Source: an uncultured Acidobacteriota bacterium (GTDB lineage: Bacteria > Acidobacteriota > Thermoanaerobaculia > UBA5066 > Gp7-AA6). From it: a DNA stretch of 64,000 bases. Below the pieces are notes generated by a model. It searched no databases and was not told the DNA's origin. It was given only the letters and a program-made list of their open reading frames with translations. The position numbers and the translations under genes were made by a program. This document shows, in pieces, positions 24,245 through 33,867 of this stretch. Location: the NCBI GenBank assembly GCA_963764715.1, contig CAVXTP010000022.1:448001-512000 (forward strand), given 5' to 3'. Positions within the stretch are counted from its first letter, which is position 1. Each line of letters begins with the position of its first letter.

Positions 24245-26284
24245 GCCGTCGACGCCCGTTCGACTTCGACGCGCGCGTCGTTGAAGCAGGCGCCGCCGGC
24301 GAGGTCGGTCAGCGTGTCCGGCGCGAGGGCGTTGGCCGTCGTGCCGCTGTCGGTGTTGTGGGCCCAGATCCCCTTGGGCAGGAGAACGACGCCGGGGCGC
24401 AGCGGCGCTCGCACGCGCGCCCGGCAGCGGACCTCGCCGAGCTCGTTGAAGACGCGCACGGGCTCGCCCGTCCGCGATTCCGCGGGCGGCGGCGTCCTCG
24501 GGATGGAGCTCGAGCGGGACCTGCGGAGCGATGGAGCTCGCCGAGGGTCGAGCTGATCGTCCGGTCCGTCGCCGGCGAGATCAGCGCGAGCGGAAAGCGC
24601 GCCGCTGCCGGGATCGGGCCGGTAGCCATAGAGCCCTCCCGGGGCCTCCGCGTCGAGGGCCTCGGGCACGAGATGCACCCGCCGTCCGCGCGTCTGCGGG
24701 AAGACGTCGACGAACTGGACCGGCGTCGGGCCTTCCGGCGGGACTGGCGTCGTCGCCACGCCCGGCCGCCGCCCGAAGCTCCCCGCCGCGCCGCGACGAG
24801 CCGTACAGCGCGTCGGCGAGCTCCTCCGCCGTCTCGGGGTCGCCCGGCTTCGCCACGCCCGTCCGGCGGCAGAGCTCGGCGAAGACCTCGTGGTTCGGCC
24901 GGGCCTCGCCGTGGGGCGGGACGACCGCCTCGGCATCCTGGAGAACGAGCGCGCCGTAACCGCGGCGAGATCTCGCGGCGCTCGAGAAACGTCGCGGCCG
25001 GCAGGATCACGTCGGCGTAGCGCGCCGTGTCCGTCAGGACCGGATCGAAGACCACCGTGAAGAGGTCCTCGCGGGACAGAGCCGGCGCGGACTTTTTCCT
25101 GCGCCGGGATCGTCATCAGCGGATTCGAGTTGTAGACGAACAGCAGGTCGACGGACTCCGAGCCGGTCGCGGCCAGCGTTTCGCCCAGCCGGTTCATGTT
25201 GACGAGGCGCGTCGCGGGCTCGACCGCCGCGGCGCCGGCCAGGCCCTTCAGCTCCCGCCACGCGGAGGAGTTGCGACATGGTGTAGCCGCCGCCGCGGAC
25301 GCCGAATTTCCCGGCCACGGCCGGCAGCGCGAGGATCGCCGCCGTCGCCGAGCCGCCGCTGCGGCTGCGCTCCGGCCCCCAGCCGCACTTGAGAGCCGCC
25401 GGGGACGAGTCGGCGTAGAGGGAGGCGAACTTCTCGATGTCCGACGCCGGGACGCGCGTCTCGGCCGCGGCCCGCTTCAGCGTCCACGCGGATGCGCGGC
25501 GCTCGAGCTCGGCGGCGCCCGTCGCGTGCGCCTCGAGAAACGCGCGGTCGGCCCGGCCGTTCGCGAAGAGCCACCGGATGACCGCGAGGGCGAGCGGCAG
25601 ATCGGTTCCGGGATGCGGAGCGAGATGGAGGTCGGCCCGTTCGGCCACGCGGGTTCGCCGCGGATCGACGACGACGAGGCGGGCCCCGTTCCGCTGCGCC
25701 TCCTGGACGTACGGCAGGAGGTGAATGCCCGAGACCGAGGGATTGACGCCCCAGAGGACGATCAGCTTCGCCCGCGCGTAATCCGGATAAGCGATGCCCG
25801 TCATCTTCCCGTACAGGCCGGCGTTGGCGGCGGTCGACGGCGCGGCGCAGACGGTCCGGGCGAGGCGCGAGGCCCCCAGGCGGTAGAAGAGCCGGGCGTC
25901 GGTCGTGTCCTGCGAAAGGTACCCGTTGGAGCCGCCGTAGGAGAACGGGAGGATGCCCTCTCCCCCCCGGCCGTCGCGCACCGTCTTCAGCCGGCGAGCC
26001 ACGAGGTCGAGCGTCTGGTCCCAGGACGCGCGCTCGAACCTCCCCTCGCCCTTCTTGCCCGCTCGGATGCCGGGGTGGAGGATGCGTGCCTCGCCGTACA
26101 TGTGCCGCGGGAACTCCCGCACCTTGGCGCAGATGTAGCCCTGCGTCACGGGGTTGACTCGGGAGCCTCCGATCTCGACGACCCGGCCGCCCTCGACGGT
26201 GACGTCGAGGCTGCAGGCGTCCGGACAGTCGAGCGGGCAGGCGCTCGCGACGTGCCGCGCCGACTCTCCGGGCCCGGAGCTCAT
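24241..26284 (-). pseudogene. Molybdopterin-dependent oxidoreductase, reading frame broken by about 7 indels (probably sequencing errors)
   Basis: CPLDCPDAC and ICAK N-terminus, WGVNP, DPRRT, YNSNP, TDTARYADVILPA, DLAGGACFND distributed over three frames between 24.45 and 25.28 kb. Confidence 0.8.
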
Positions 26285-28077
26285 CCCGTGAACTCCAGGA
26301 TGCGGTCCACGCTGTCCACCGAGATGGGATGGTAACCCGGCCGGGCCTTGCGGTAGATGGCGAGGCTGCGCTCGCGGCCGTCGGGAGCGGCCTTCGCGAG
26401 CTCCTCGTAGAGCGGCTTGATGTACTTCCGGCGGCCGATCGAGACGAGGAACGCCTCGAGCCGGGCGTCCGCCGCGCGGTACCCGGCGCGAATGGACATC
26501 AGGAGCCACTGGAAGGCGACCTCGTTGTTTCCGGTCGAGGTCAACCGGAAGGCCTCGTCGAGCTCCCGCATCCGGTCGAGAGGAAGCGGCGTCGGAAGCT
26601 TCCGGAGAAACGCCAGGCGCTCCTGCGTCGCCCAGCCGCCGAAGGGCACGTCGGCGGCGCGCAGGGTCCCGGCGCTCCACGCGTCGGCGCGGCGTCCCAC
26701 CTCGACGAGCCTCTCCGAGACGGGACGCGGCGCCTCGTCCGGCAGGCCCGGCGCCTCCGTCCACTTCTCGAGCGGCACCTTCGCGGCGAGGCGACCGTCC
26801 TTCGAGAGGAGGTTCTCCCTCAGGTACGCGAGGAAGTCGGCGGTCGTGATGCTCTGGAATGCGAAGTGGTCGAAGTAACCACGGAGGAACTCGTCGAAGG
26901 GGCCGCGGCCGTAGAGATCCTCCAGAGAGCGCAGGAAGAGGCAGCCCTTCTCGTACGGAACGCGGGTGGCGCCGTCGTCGGGGTCCCGTCCCCCGAGGTC
27001 GATGTGCAGGATCTCGTCGCGGTCCTCGAGGCGCGCGATCTCGTCCTCGAGGTCCTGGCGCCCGAGCACCGCCTCCATCCGCGCGAAATCCGCGCCGTAG
27101 ACGTCCTCGCTGATGCGCCGCTCGAGATACGTCGTGAAGCCCTCGTTCAGCCAGAAGTCGCTCCAGGTCGCGTTGGTCACGAGATTGCCCGACCACGAGT
27201 GCGCGAGCTCGTGGGCGATGAGCGACACGAGGCTGCGGTCCCCGGCGAGGACCGTCGGCGTCGCGAACGTGAGGCGCGGATTCTCCATCCCTCCGAACGG
27301 AAAGCTCGGGGGCAGGACCAGGATGTCGTAGCGGTCCCACCGGTACGGCCCGTACAGGCGCTCGGCCGACTCCATCATCCGCTCGGTGTCGGCGAACTCG
27401 TGGGCGCTCGCCGCGAGGAGGGAGGGCTCCGCGTAGACGCCCGAGCGGGGGCCGAGAGGCGCGAACTCGAGGTCCCCGGCGGCGATGGCGAGCAGGTACG
27501 CCGGGATCCGTTGCGGCATCGAGAACCGGTACGTCCCTCCGCGCTCCCGGGTCGGGTTGCCGGCCGCGCTCATCACGGCCACGAGCTCGGGCGGCGTCCG
27601 GATCGTCGCGCCGTACGTGATCCGGACCTGCGGCGTGTCCTGGATCGGGATCCAGCTGCGGGCGTGGATCGCCTGGGATTGCGAGAAGAGAAACGGGTGT
27701 TTCTTGCCCGCCGTCTGCGGCGGAGTGAGCCACTGGAGGCCCGAGGCGCCCGGGCGGGTCGCGTAGCGGACGCGCACCCGGTCGGCGCCCGGGGGAAGAG
27801 CGATCGTCAGCGGCGATCCCAGGATCGGGTCGGCCGGCCCCACCTCGAACCGCGCGGGCGCGAGCGAGGCCCCGCTTCCAGCCTCGACCCCGGACACGTC
27901 GAGGCCGCGGGTGTCGAGAACGAGGCTCGCGGCCGCCGGGTCGACGCGCTCGACCGTCAGCGTCGCGGTGCCCTCGAGGATCCGGCGCTCGAACCGGACG
28001 TCGAGGTCGAGGTCGGCGTGACGGACGCGGATCCGCGCCGGGTCGGAGTACGAATGAACGTCGCGGGCCGCGGTCAT
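26281..28077 (-). CDS. M1 family aminopeptidase (leukotriene A4 hydrolase-like)
   Basis: GGMENP, HELAHSW...E (HExxH-x18-E), PYEKG, GRRKY. Confidence 0.93.
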   Translation of the reverse strand: MTAARDVHSYSDPARIRVRHADLDLDVRFERRILEGTATLTVERVDPAAASLVLDTRGLDVSGVEAGSGASLAPARFEVGPADPILGSPLTIALPPGADRVRVRYATRPGASGLQWLTPPQTAGKKHPFLFSQSQAIHARSWIPIQDTPQVRITYGATIRTPPELVAVMSAAGNPTRERGGTYRFSMPQRIPAYLLAIAAGDLEFAPLGPRSGVYAEPSLLAASAHEFADTERMMESAERLYGPYRWDRYDILVLPPSFPFGGMENPRLTFATPTVLAGDRSLVSLIAHELAHSWSGNLVTNATWSDFWLNEGFTTYLERRISEDVYGADFARMEAVLGRQDLEDEIARLEDRDEILHIDLGGRDPDDGATRVPYEKGCLFLRSLEDLYGRGPFDEFLRGYFDHFAFQSITTADFLAYLRENLLSKDGRLAAKVPLEKWTEAPGLPDEAPRPVSERLVEVGRRADAWSAGTLRAADVPFGGWATQERLAFLRKLPTPLPLDRMRELDEAFRLTSTGNNEVAFQWLLMSIRAGYRAADARLEAFLVSIGRRKYIKPLYEELAKAAPDGRERSLAIYRKARPGYHPISVDSVDRILEFTG

Positions 28078-28094
28078 GGCCCGCAGAGAGTAGC

Positions 28095-28128
28095 AAAAAA
28101 AGGGGCGCGCCCCCGGAGGAGGCGCGCC
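28095..28128 (-). terminator. Rho-independent terminator of the 28157-28399 gene
   Basis: Minus strand GGCGCGCC...GGCGCGCC stem followed by a run of 7 T. Confidence 0.8.
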
Positions 28129-28156
28129 AATCGAATGGAGCGCGAAGAGGAAGGCG

Positions 28157-28399
28157 TTACTGCTTGGCAGCCGGCGTCGCCGCGGGCTTGGGAGCCTCGG
28201 TCGACTTCTTCGTGGTGCTCTTCTTGTGGTGGGTCGTCGACTTGTGCGTGGTCTTCGCGGAGGCGTCGGACTTCGGAGCGTCGGTCGCAGCCGGGGCCGG
28301 CTTCGGCGTGGCGGCCGGGGCCGAGGACGACTGCTGCGCGGACGCGGCGACGGGGAGCGCCAGGGCGAGGACGAGGGCCAGGGACTTCTTCATTTTCAT
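28157..28399 (-). CDS. Small secreted Ala/Lys/Thr/His-rich low-complexity protein (Asr-like composition)
   Basis: SD AAAGGAG; signal peptide MKKSLALVLALALPVAASA; KTTHKSTTHHKKSTTKKST; own terminator. Confidence 0.75.
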   Translation of the reverse strand: MKMKKSLALVLALALPVAASAQQSSSAPAATPKPAPAATDAPKSDASAKTTHKSTTHHKKSTTKKSTEAPKPAATPAAKQ

Positions 28400-28530
28400 C
28401 TCTCCTTTGGACGCGGTGCCTGCTTGCCACGCGTCACGCTGCCGAAGGTACGCGGGCGGAGATGAACGGCCGATGAACGGCCGGGCCGGAGATAGAATCT
28501 CCGCCGCTTCCCCCGTCCGAAGGAGCTCGC

Positions 28531-30750
28531 ATGCGCCAGAGCCTGATCTTCGCCGCCGCCACGCTCGGACCGGTCCTCCTCGCCTCCCTCGGCGCCGGGT
28601 CCCCGCCCGAAGCGGCCCCGGCGCCTCCCGATTCGCCGTCGCGGCCCGTCACCGACCGTTACTTCGACGTCGAGGTCACGGACGGCTTCCGCTGGCTCGA
28701 AGACTGGACCGATCCCGCCGTGAAGACCTGGAGCGAGGGCCAGAACGGTTTCGCCCGGTTCGTCCTCGACGGGCTCCCCGGCGTCGCCGCCCTGCGGGAG
28801 CGCGTCCGGGCGATCGCTCAGTTCCCGTCCCCGGGGTATTCCTCGATCGTCCGGCGCGGGAAGACCCTCTTCGCGATCAAGAACCAGCCGCCGAAGCAGC
28901 AGAGCTTTCTCGTGGCTCTCCCCTCCGCCGAGGACCCGGCCGGCGAGCGGACGCTCGTCGATCCCAACGCCCTCGACTCCAAGGGGGGCGTGGCCATCGA
29001 CTGGTTCGTGCCCTCCTTCGACGGCCGGCTCGTCGCCGTCTCGCTCTCGGAGGGAGGAAGCGAGGCGGGCAACCTCCGCGTCTACGAGACGTCGACCGGC
29101 CGCGCCCTCGCCGACGCCATCCCGCGGGTCAACGGCGGCACCGCCGGCGGCGACGTGGCGTGGAACGGCGACGGCAGCGGGTTCTTCTATACGCGCTACC
29201 CGCGCCAAGGCGAACGGAGCCCGGCCGACCTCGACTTCTACCAGCAGGTCTACTTCCACCGCCTCGGCACGCCGGCCACGGACGACGCCTACGCCGTGGG
29301 GAAGGAATTCCCGCGGATCGCGGAGACGACCCTCGAGTCTTCCGAGGACGGCCGGTTCGTCCTCGCGTCCGTCAAGAACGGAGACGGCGGCGACGAGTCG
29401 CAGTACCTTCGCGCGCCCGACGGGAAGTGGACGCGGCTCGCCGGCGATGCCGACCGGGTCGTGGACGGCCGCTTCGCCGCCGACGGCTCGCTCTACCTGC
29501 TCTCACGGCTCGACGCTCCCCGGGGCCGGATCCTTCACCTCGCCGCGGGCCGGACCGATCTCGCCTCGGCCCGCGTCCTCGTTCCCGAGGGCGACGCCTC
29601 GATCGAGGGCTTCTGCCTGACGGAGAACCGGATCTTCGTCCAGGAGCTCACCGGCGGGCCCTCGCGCCTGCGCGCCGTCGGAAGGGACGGCCGGACGGTC
29701 TCGACCGTTCCGATCCTGCCGACCTCCTCGGTCTCCGACCTCGCCTCGGCCGGGGACGACTCCGTCCTCTTCCAGAACCAGAGCGCGCTCGTCCCGCCGG
29801 CCTGGTATCGCGCCTCGGCCGACGGGAAGGTCGCGAAGACCGCGCTCGTTCGCCGGTCTCCGGTCGATTTCTCCGACTGCGAGGTCGTTCGCGAGTGGGC
29901 CGTCTCGCGGGACGGGACCCGCGTGCCGATCGACGTCCTGCGCCGGAAGGGCACGACGCTCGACGGCAACAACCCCGTGCTCCTCTACGGCTACGGCGGC
30001 TACTCGATCAGCCAGAAGCCGGCCTACTCCGCCATGCGCCGGGTGTGGCTCGAGCAGGGCGGCGTCTTCGCCGTCGCCGGGCTCCGCGGCGGGGGCGAGT
30101 TCGGAGACGAGTGGCACCGGGCCGGCCACCGCACCCGCAAGCAGAACGTGTTCGACGACTTCGCCGCCTGCGCCCGTCGGCTCATCGAGCTCGGCTACAC
30201 GAGACCCTCCCGCCTCGGGATCGAGGGCGGCTCGAACGGGGGCCTCCTCATGGGGGCGGCGTTCGCCCAGCATCCCGATCTCTTCGGGGCGGTCGTCGCC
30301 CACGTCGGCATCTACGACATGCTCCGGGTCGAGATCTCGGCCAACGGGCAGTACAACGTGACGGAGTTCGGGACCGTGAAGAACCCGGACGAGTTCCAGG
30401 CGCTCTATGCCTACTCCCCGTACCATCACGTCAAGGCGGGAACCTCGTATCCGCCGGTCCTGTTCATGACGGGGGCCAACGACGCGCGCGTCGACCCGAT
30501 GCAGTCGCGCAAGATGACGGCCCTCATGCAGAGCGGCGGCGCGAAGCGGGGGTCGGTGCTGCTCCGAACGAGCGCCTCCTCGGGCCACGGCATCGGCAGC
30601 TCGCTCGACGAGAAGACGGCCCAGGCCGTCGACGTCTACGCGTTCCTGTTCGCGAAGCTGGACGTGACCTACCGCCCGACGCCCGCCTCCCCTCCCCCCG
30701 GGCGGGGGGAGGGGGCCGGGACGGAGGAAGCGGTCAGAACCGGACGGTGA
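28531..30750 (+). CDS. Secreted prolyl oligopeptidase (S9A)
   Basis: Signal peptide; YGYGG, RGGGEFG, GGSNGGLL catalytic Ser, DARV, GHG; SD AAGGAG. Confidence 0.94.
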   Translation: MRQSLIFAAATLGPVLLASLGAGSPPEAAPAPPDSPSRPVTDRYFDVEVTDGFRWLEDWTDPAVKTWSEGQNGFARFVLDGLPGVAALRERVRAIAQFPSPGYSSIVRRGKTLFAIKNQPPKQQSFLVALPSAEDPAGERTLVDPNALDSKGGVAIDWFVPSFDGRLVAVSLSEGGSEAGNLRVYETSTGRALADAIPRVNGGTAGGDVAWNGDGSGFFYTRYPRQGERSPADLDFYQQVYFHRLGTPATDDAYAVGKEFPRIAETTLESSEDGRFVLASVKNGDGGDESQYLRAPDGKWTRLAGDADRVVDGRFAADGSLYLLSRLDAPRGRILHLAAGRTDLASARVLVPEGDASIEGFCLTENRIFVQELTGGPSRLRAVGRDGRTVSTVPILPTSSVSDLASAGDDSVLFQNQSALVPPAWYRASADGKVAKTALVRRSPVDFSDCEVVREWAVSRDGTRVPIDVLRRKGTTLDGNNPVLLYGYGGYSISQKPAYSAMRRVWLEQGGVFAVAGLRGGGEFGDEWHRAGHRTRKQNVFDDFAACARRLIELGYTRPSRLGIEGGSNGGLLMGAAFAQHPDLFGAVVAHVGIYDMLRVEISANGQYNVTEFGTVKNPDEFQALYAYSPYHHVKAGTSYPPVLFMTGANDARVDPMQSRKMTALMQSGGAKRGSVLLRTSASSGHGIGSSLDEKTAQAVDVYAFLFAKLDVTYRPTPASPPPGRGEGAGTEEAVRTGR

Positions 30751-32917
30751 GCTGCGCGGTCACCCCGCGCGGGGCCGCCACGTAGAACTGGCTGTCGCCG
30801 ATCTCGCTCTCGGTCGTGTAGTGCCGGGAGTCGCCGAGGTTGCGGCCGATCACGGCGATCTGGAAGTGCTCGAGGCTGTACGACAGGCCGGCGTCCGTTT
30901 CGTAGAACGACGGCGTGTAGAAGGTGTTGCGGCGGTTCAGGGGCCGATGGTTCTGATGACGCACGGCCACGAACCCGCCGATCCCCTTCGGGGGCGCCAG
31001 GACGAACTTGAAGTTCCAGAAGTCCCGCGGATCGAGCTCGACCTGCTTGCCGTCGACGACACGGTATTGCCCGTCCGGCGTGAAGAACGAGAACTGCTTG
31101 AAGCGCGAGTCGTGGTGGGCGTAGCCGCCGTAGAGCGAGAGGTTCTCGACGAACGGGAGGGCGTAGCCGATCTCCACTTCCGTGCCCTGGAAACGGACCT
31201 TGCCGGCGTTCGTCAGCGCGGGTCCGTCCGGCGTCAGCGTCCCGACGACGAGGTTGCTGAAGATCATGTGGAACCAGGTCACGTTGAAGGACAGCTTCCC
31301 GCAGAGCCAGAGGGTCTTGAGTCCCGCTTCCTGCGTGTTGGTCGTCTCGGGCTCGAGGATCTCGGCGTCTTCGGCCTCCGTCAGGTTCGGCGCGGCCGGC
31401 TTGAAGTTGCGCCGGGCCGCGCCGTAAAGGCTGACGCCCGACAGGTAGTCGTTCGGCCGGTCCACGATCTGGAAGAGACCGGAGACGCCCCAGGAGAATT
31501 TGTTGACGTTCTTCGAATCCGTGGCTTCGTCGAACTCGGGGTCGCCGATCTCCTGCTGGAAGACGTGGAGCGTCTCCTTCGTGAAGTCCTCGCGGCCCCC
31601 GACCGTCAGCGTGAACCATTCGATCGGCGTCCACTGGTCGTTGACGTAGAGGCCGATGAACGTCCGCTCGTCCTTGAAGTTGCGGTTGTCCCCGAACGGG
31701 AACGAGCCGTAGACCGGGACGACCTGCGGATCGATCTGGAAGTTGAAGTCGAAGCCGTGGCCCTCGGCCGTCGTCTGGCCCCAGGTCAGGGCGGCTCCGG
31801 CCACGAGCTGGTGTTTGCCTGCGGCGTCGAACCGCGCGGTGACGTGGGCGTCGTCGTAGACCACCGTCTCCTTGGGATAGAGCGCGATGCCCTCGGAGGT
31901 CCCCGTATTGCCGTTCACGGAGGTCATCCAGGAGCGGATCTGGCCCTGGTTGTCGTTGGTCACGCCGAGGATGTTCTCGAACGTCAGGTTCGAATTGATC
32001 GGAGTCGAGATGTTGTTGAAGAGCCCGATCGTGTGGTGGTCGACCCGCGCGCCCTGGACGGCGAAGTTGAGATCCGGGTTCTGGAACCCCGGAATCGGCT
32101 CGCCCGCATCGACCGGCACCGGTGAGCCCCAGAAGTTGGTATCCCGGAACCAGAGCACGGAGGTCGTCATCTTCGTCTGCCCGAACGTGTTGTCGAACGA
32201 GAGCCGGAGCTGCTCGCGCGTGAAGTCCGTGCGCTCCTGCCAGCCTCCGCCCTGGGCGATCGAGCCGTTCAGCCGGATGGCGAAGTCGGGATTCACCTGG
32301 GTCCCGACGTTGACGTCGCCCCAGCCCTGGGCGAAGGCGCCGAAGCCCCCGACCGTCGCGCTGCCCCAGGTGGTTCCGCCCGTGTGGGACCGGGTGAAGA
32401 TCTGCACCATCCCGGCGAAGGCCGACGTGCCGTACAGCGTGCCCTGGGGACCGCGGACGATCTCGATCCGGTCGATGTCGTCGACCGGAATCATCGCGAG
32501 GTTGGGATTGAACGGCCCGCCGACCGGCACGCCGTCGAGGGTGATCATGAGGGCGTCGAACTCCTTGATGCCGTACACCCCGATGTTCGGCAGGCGCGGG
32601 CCGTTGTCGGAGCCGTTGCCGGTGTCGATGCCGACGACGTTTTGCAGGGCGTCGGCGAGCGTGCGGGTGCCCCGGCGGCGAAGCTCCTCGCCGCTGACGA
32701 CGCTGACCGCGTTCGGGATCTCGAGGACCTCCTCGGAAACCTTGGTGGCCGAAACGACGACGTCCTCCTCGAACGACGGGTTCGTGGCCGACGAGGGCGC
32801 CGGAGTCGGCGAAGGCGTGGGCGCCGGGGTCGTGGTCTGCCCGCTCAGGGCGGCGCCCGAGCCGAGCAGGATGGCCGTCAACGCGCCGGCGAGCCGGCGC
32901 GCAATTCTCCACTTCAT
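30734..32917 (-). CDS. TonB-dependent receptor
   Basis: Signal peptide; TonB box EDVVVSAT; plug IDRIEIVRGPQGTLYG; C-terminal Phe (LTVRF); SD GAAGGAG. Confidence 0.93.
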   Translation of the reverse strand: MKWRIARRLAGALTAILLGSGAALSGQTTTPAPTPSPTPAPSSATNPSFEEDVVVSATKVSEEVLEIPNAVSVVSGEELRRRGTRTLADALQNVVGIDTGNGSDNGPRLPNIGVYGIKEFDALMITLDGVPVGGPFNPNLAMIPVDDIDRIEIVRGPQGTLYGTSAFAGMVQIFTRSHTGGTTWGSATVGGFGAFAQGWGDVNVGTQVNPDFAIRLNGSIAQGGGWQERTDFTREQLRLSFDNTFGQTKMTTSVLWFRDTNFWGSPVPVDAGEPIPGFQNPDLNFAVQGARVDHHTIGLFNNISTPINSNLTFENILGVTNDNQGQIRSWMTSVNGNTGTSEGIALYPKETVVYDDAHVTARFDAAGKHQLVAGAALTWGQTTAEGHGFDFNFQIDPQVVPVYGSFPFGDNRNFKDERTFIGLYVNDQWTPIEWFTLTVGGREDFTKETLHVFQQEIGDPEFDEATDSKNVNKFSWGVSGLFQIVDRPNDYLSGVSLYGAARRNFKPAAPNLTEAEDAEILEPETTNTQEAGLKTLWLCGKLSFNVTWFHMIFSNLVVGTLTPDGPALTNAGKVRFQGTEVEIGYALPFVENLSLYGGYAHHDSRFKQFSFFTPDGQYRVVDGKQVELDPRDFWNFKFVLAPPKGIGGFVAVRHQNHRPLNRRNTFYTPSFYETDAGLSYSLEHFQIAVIGRNLGDSRHYTTESEIGDSQFYVAAPRGVTAQLTVRF

Positions 32918-32920
32918 GGA

Positions 32921-32967
32921 CTTCTCCTTCGAATTTGAATTGGGACGAAGCCGCGGGAACGGAGAAG
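32921..32967 (-). promoter_or_regulatory. Putative SD-sequestering hairpin of the TonB receptor
   Basis: mRNA CUUCUCC-g-UUC (32967-32957) is complementary to GAAGGAGAAG (32930-32921), which contains the SD. Confidence 0.55.
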
Positions 32968-32969
32968 GT

Positions 32970-33641
32970 CTAAAGGCGGAGAGGAAGAGGCGGCGGGATG
33001 GGGACGGCGGCTTCGCGCCGCGCGGCGGGGGACGGCGCGACGGCGGAGCGAGCACCGATTCTCGACGGCGCCGGCGGGCCGAAGGCGCCGGGGTCGGGCT
33101 CCTCGGCGTCGCCGTGCGCGGCCCGGCGCTCGGACCACGCGGGCTCGCGCCCCAGGCTCTGATCCAGGAAATCTTCGGCGTCGAACTCCGCGAGCGCCTC
33201 GCGAGTCCACCACTCCGCCGCACCGCGCGTCAGTCCGGCGCCGTCGGGGCCCGCGCCGGCGACGATCGCGAACCGCGCGCTCACGAGAACGACGCGCTCC
33301 TCGCCGGGCTCCCCGTCCCGTCCCCTCCGCAGGCCCAGCCGCGCTCGGGTTGTCGCGACGTCCGGGACCCGCCAGGCGTGACCCGAGAGGCACGCAGGCA
33401 TTTCGCCCGTCAGCCGGATGGGAAACGTGCGGCCGTCGTCGAGCGACAGCACGAGCTCGCCCTCGTGCTCGCGGTCCCGGTCGCACGGCGCGGTCCACGA
33501 CGCCTCGACGGTCGTTCCCGCCGAAAACGACGCTGCCGCGCCGGGGAACCGGAAGCCTTCGGCGGCCGCGGCGAGCGCGCACGCCAGGAGGCCGAGGACG
33601 CCGACGGCGAGCGTCCGGGGTCGGAGCATTGACCGGGACAT
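32970..33641 (-). CDS. Secreted hypothetical protein, paralogue 1, ending PLRL
   Basis: Signal peptide; VLSLDDGRTFPIR, WRVP and AEWWT shared with the neighbour; TAGAAT -10 box 8 nt before the ATG. Confidence 0.75.
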   Translation of the reverse strand: MSRSMLRPRTLAVGVLGLLACALAAAAEGFRFPGAAASFSAGTTVEASWTAPCDRDREHEGELVLSLDDGRTFPIRLTGEMPACLSGHAWRVPDVATTRARLGLRRGRDGEPGEERVVLVSARFAIVAGAGPDGAGLTRGAAEWWTREALAEFDAEDFLDQSLGREPAWSERRAAHGDAEEPDPGAFGPPAPSRIGARSAVAPSPAARREAAVPIPPPLPLRL

Positions 33642-33695
33642 TTCGGGAGATTCTAAGGGAGCCCCGGCGCAAACGGCACGACGATTCGCTGGCCG

Positions 33696-33738
33696 AAGAA
33701 AAAGGCGGCCCGTGCGGACGGAGGGCCGCACGAGCCGC
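33696..33738 (-). terminator. Rho-independent terminator between the two paralogues
   Basis: Minus strand GCGGCTCGTGCGG / CCGCACGGGCCGC 13-bp stem followed by CTTTTTCTT. Confidence 0.8.
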
Positions 33739-33867
33739 ATGAAAGACCGGGATGAGCTCGGCGAAAAGGACGTGAGATCAGCCCGGGAAAACGTTCGCGG
33801 TGCGGCGCCTCACGAGGCGCGCGCCGCGCTCGCCATCCCGGACCGAAGCTCCCGACCGAAGAGGGGT

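Noticed and set aside
25034-28096. 1020-aa ORF apparently fusing the aminopeptidase region to the oxidoreductase
   Set aside because: The upstream part is an off-frame reading of the M1 peptidase; the oxidoreductase starts at 26284 via an ATGA overlap.
33747-33770. Hammerhead-like GATGAG...GAAA string
   Set aside because: The core needs CUGAUGA but the sequence reads GGGAUGA, and stems I and III are not evident.
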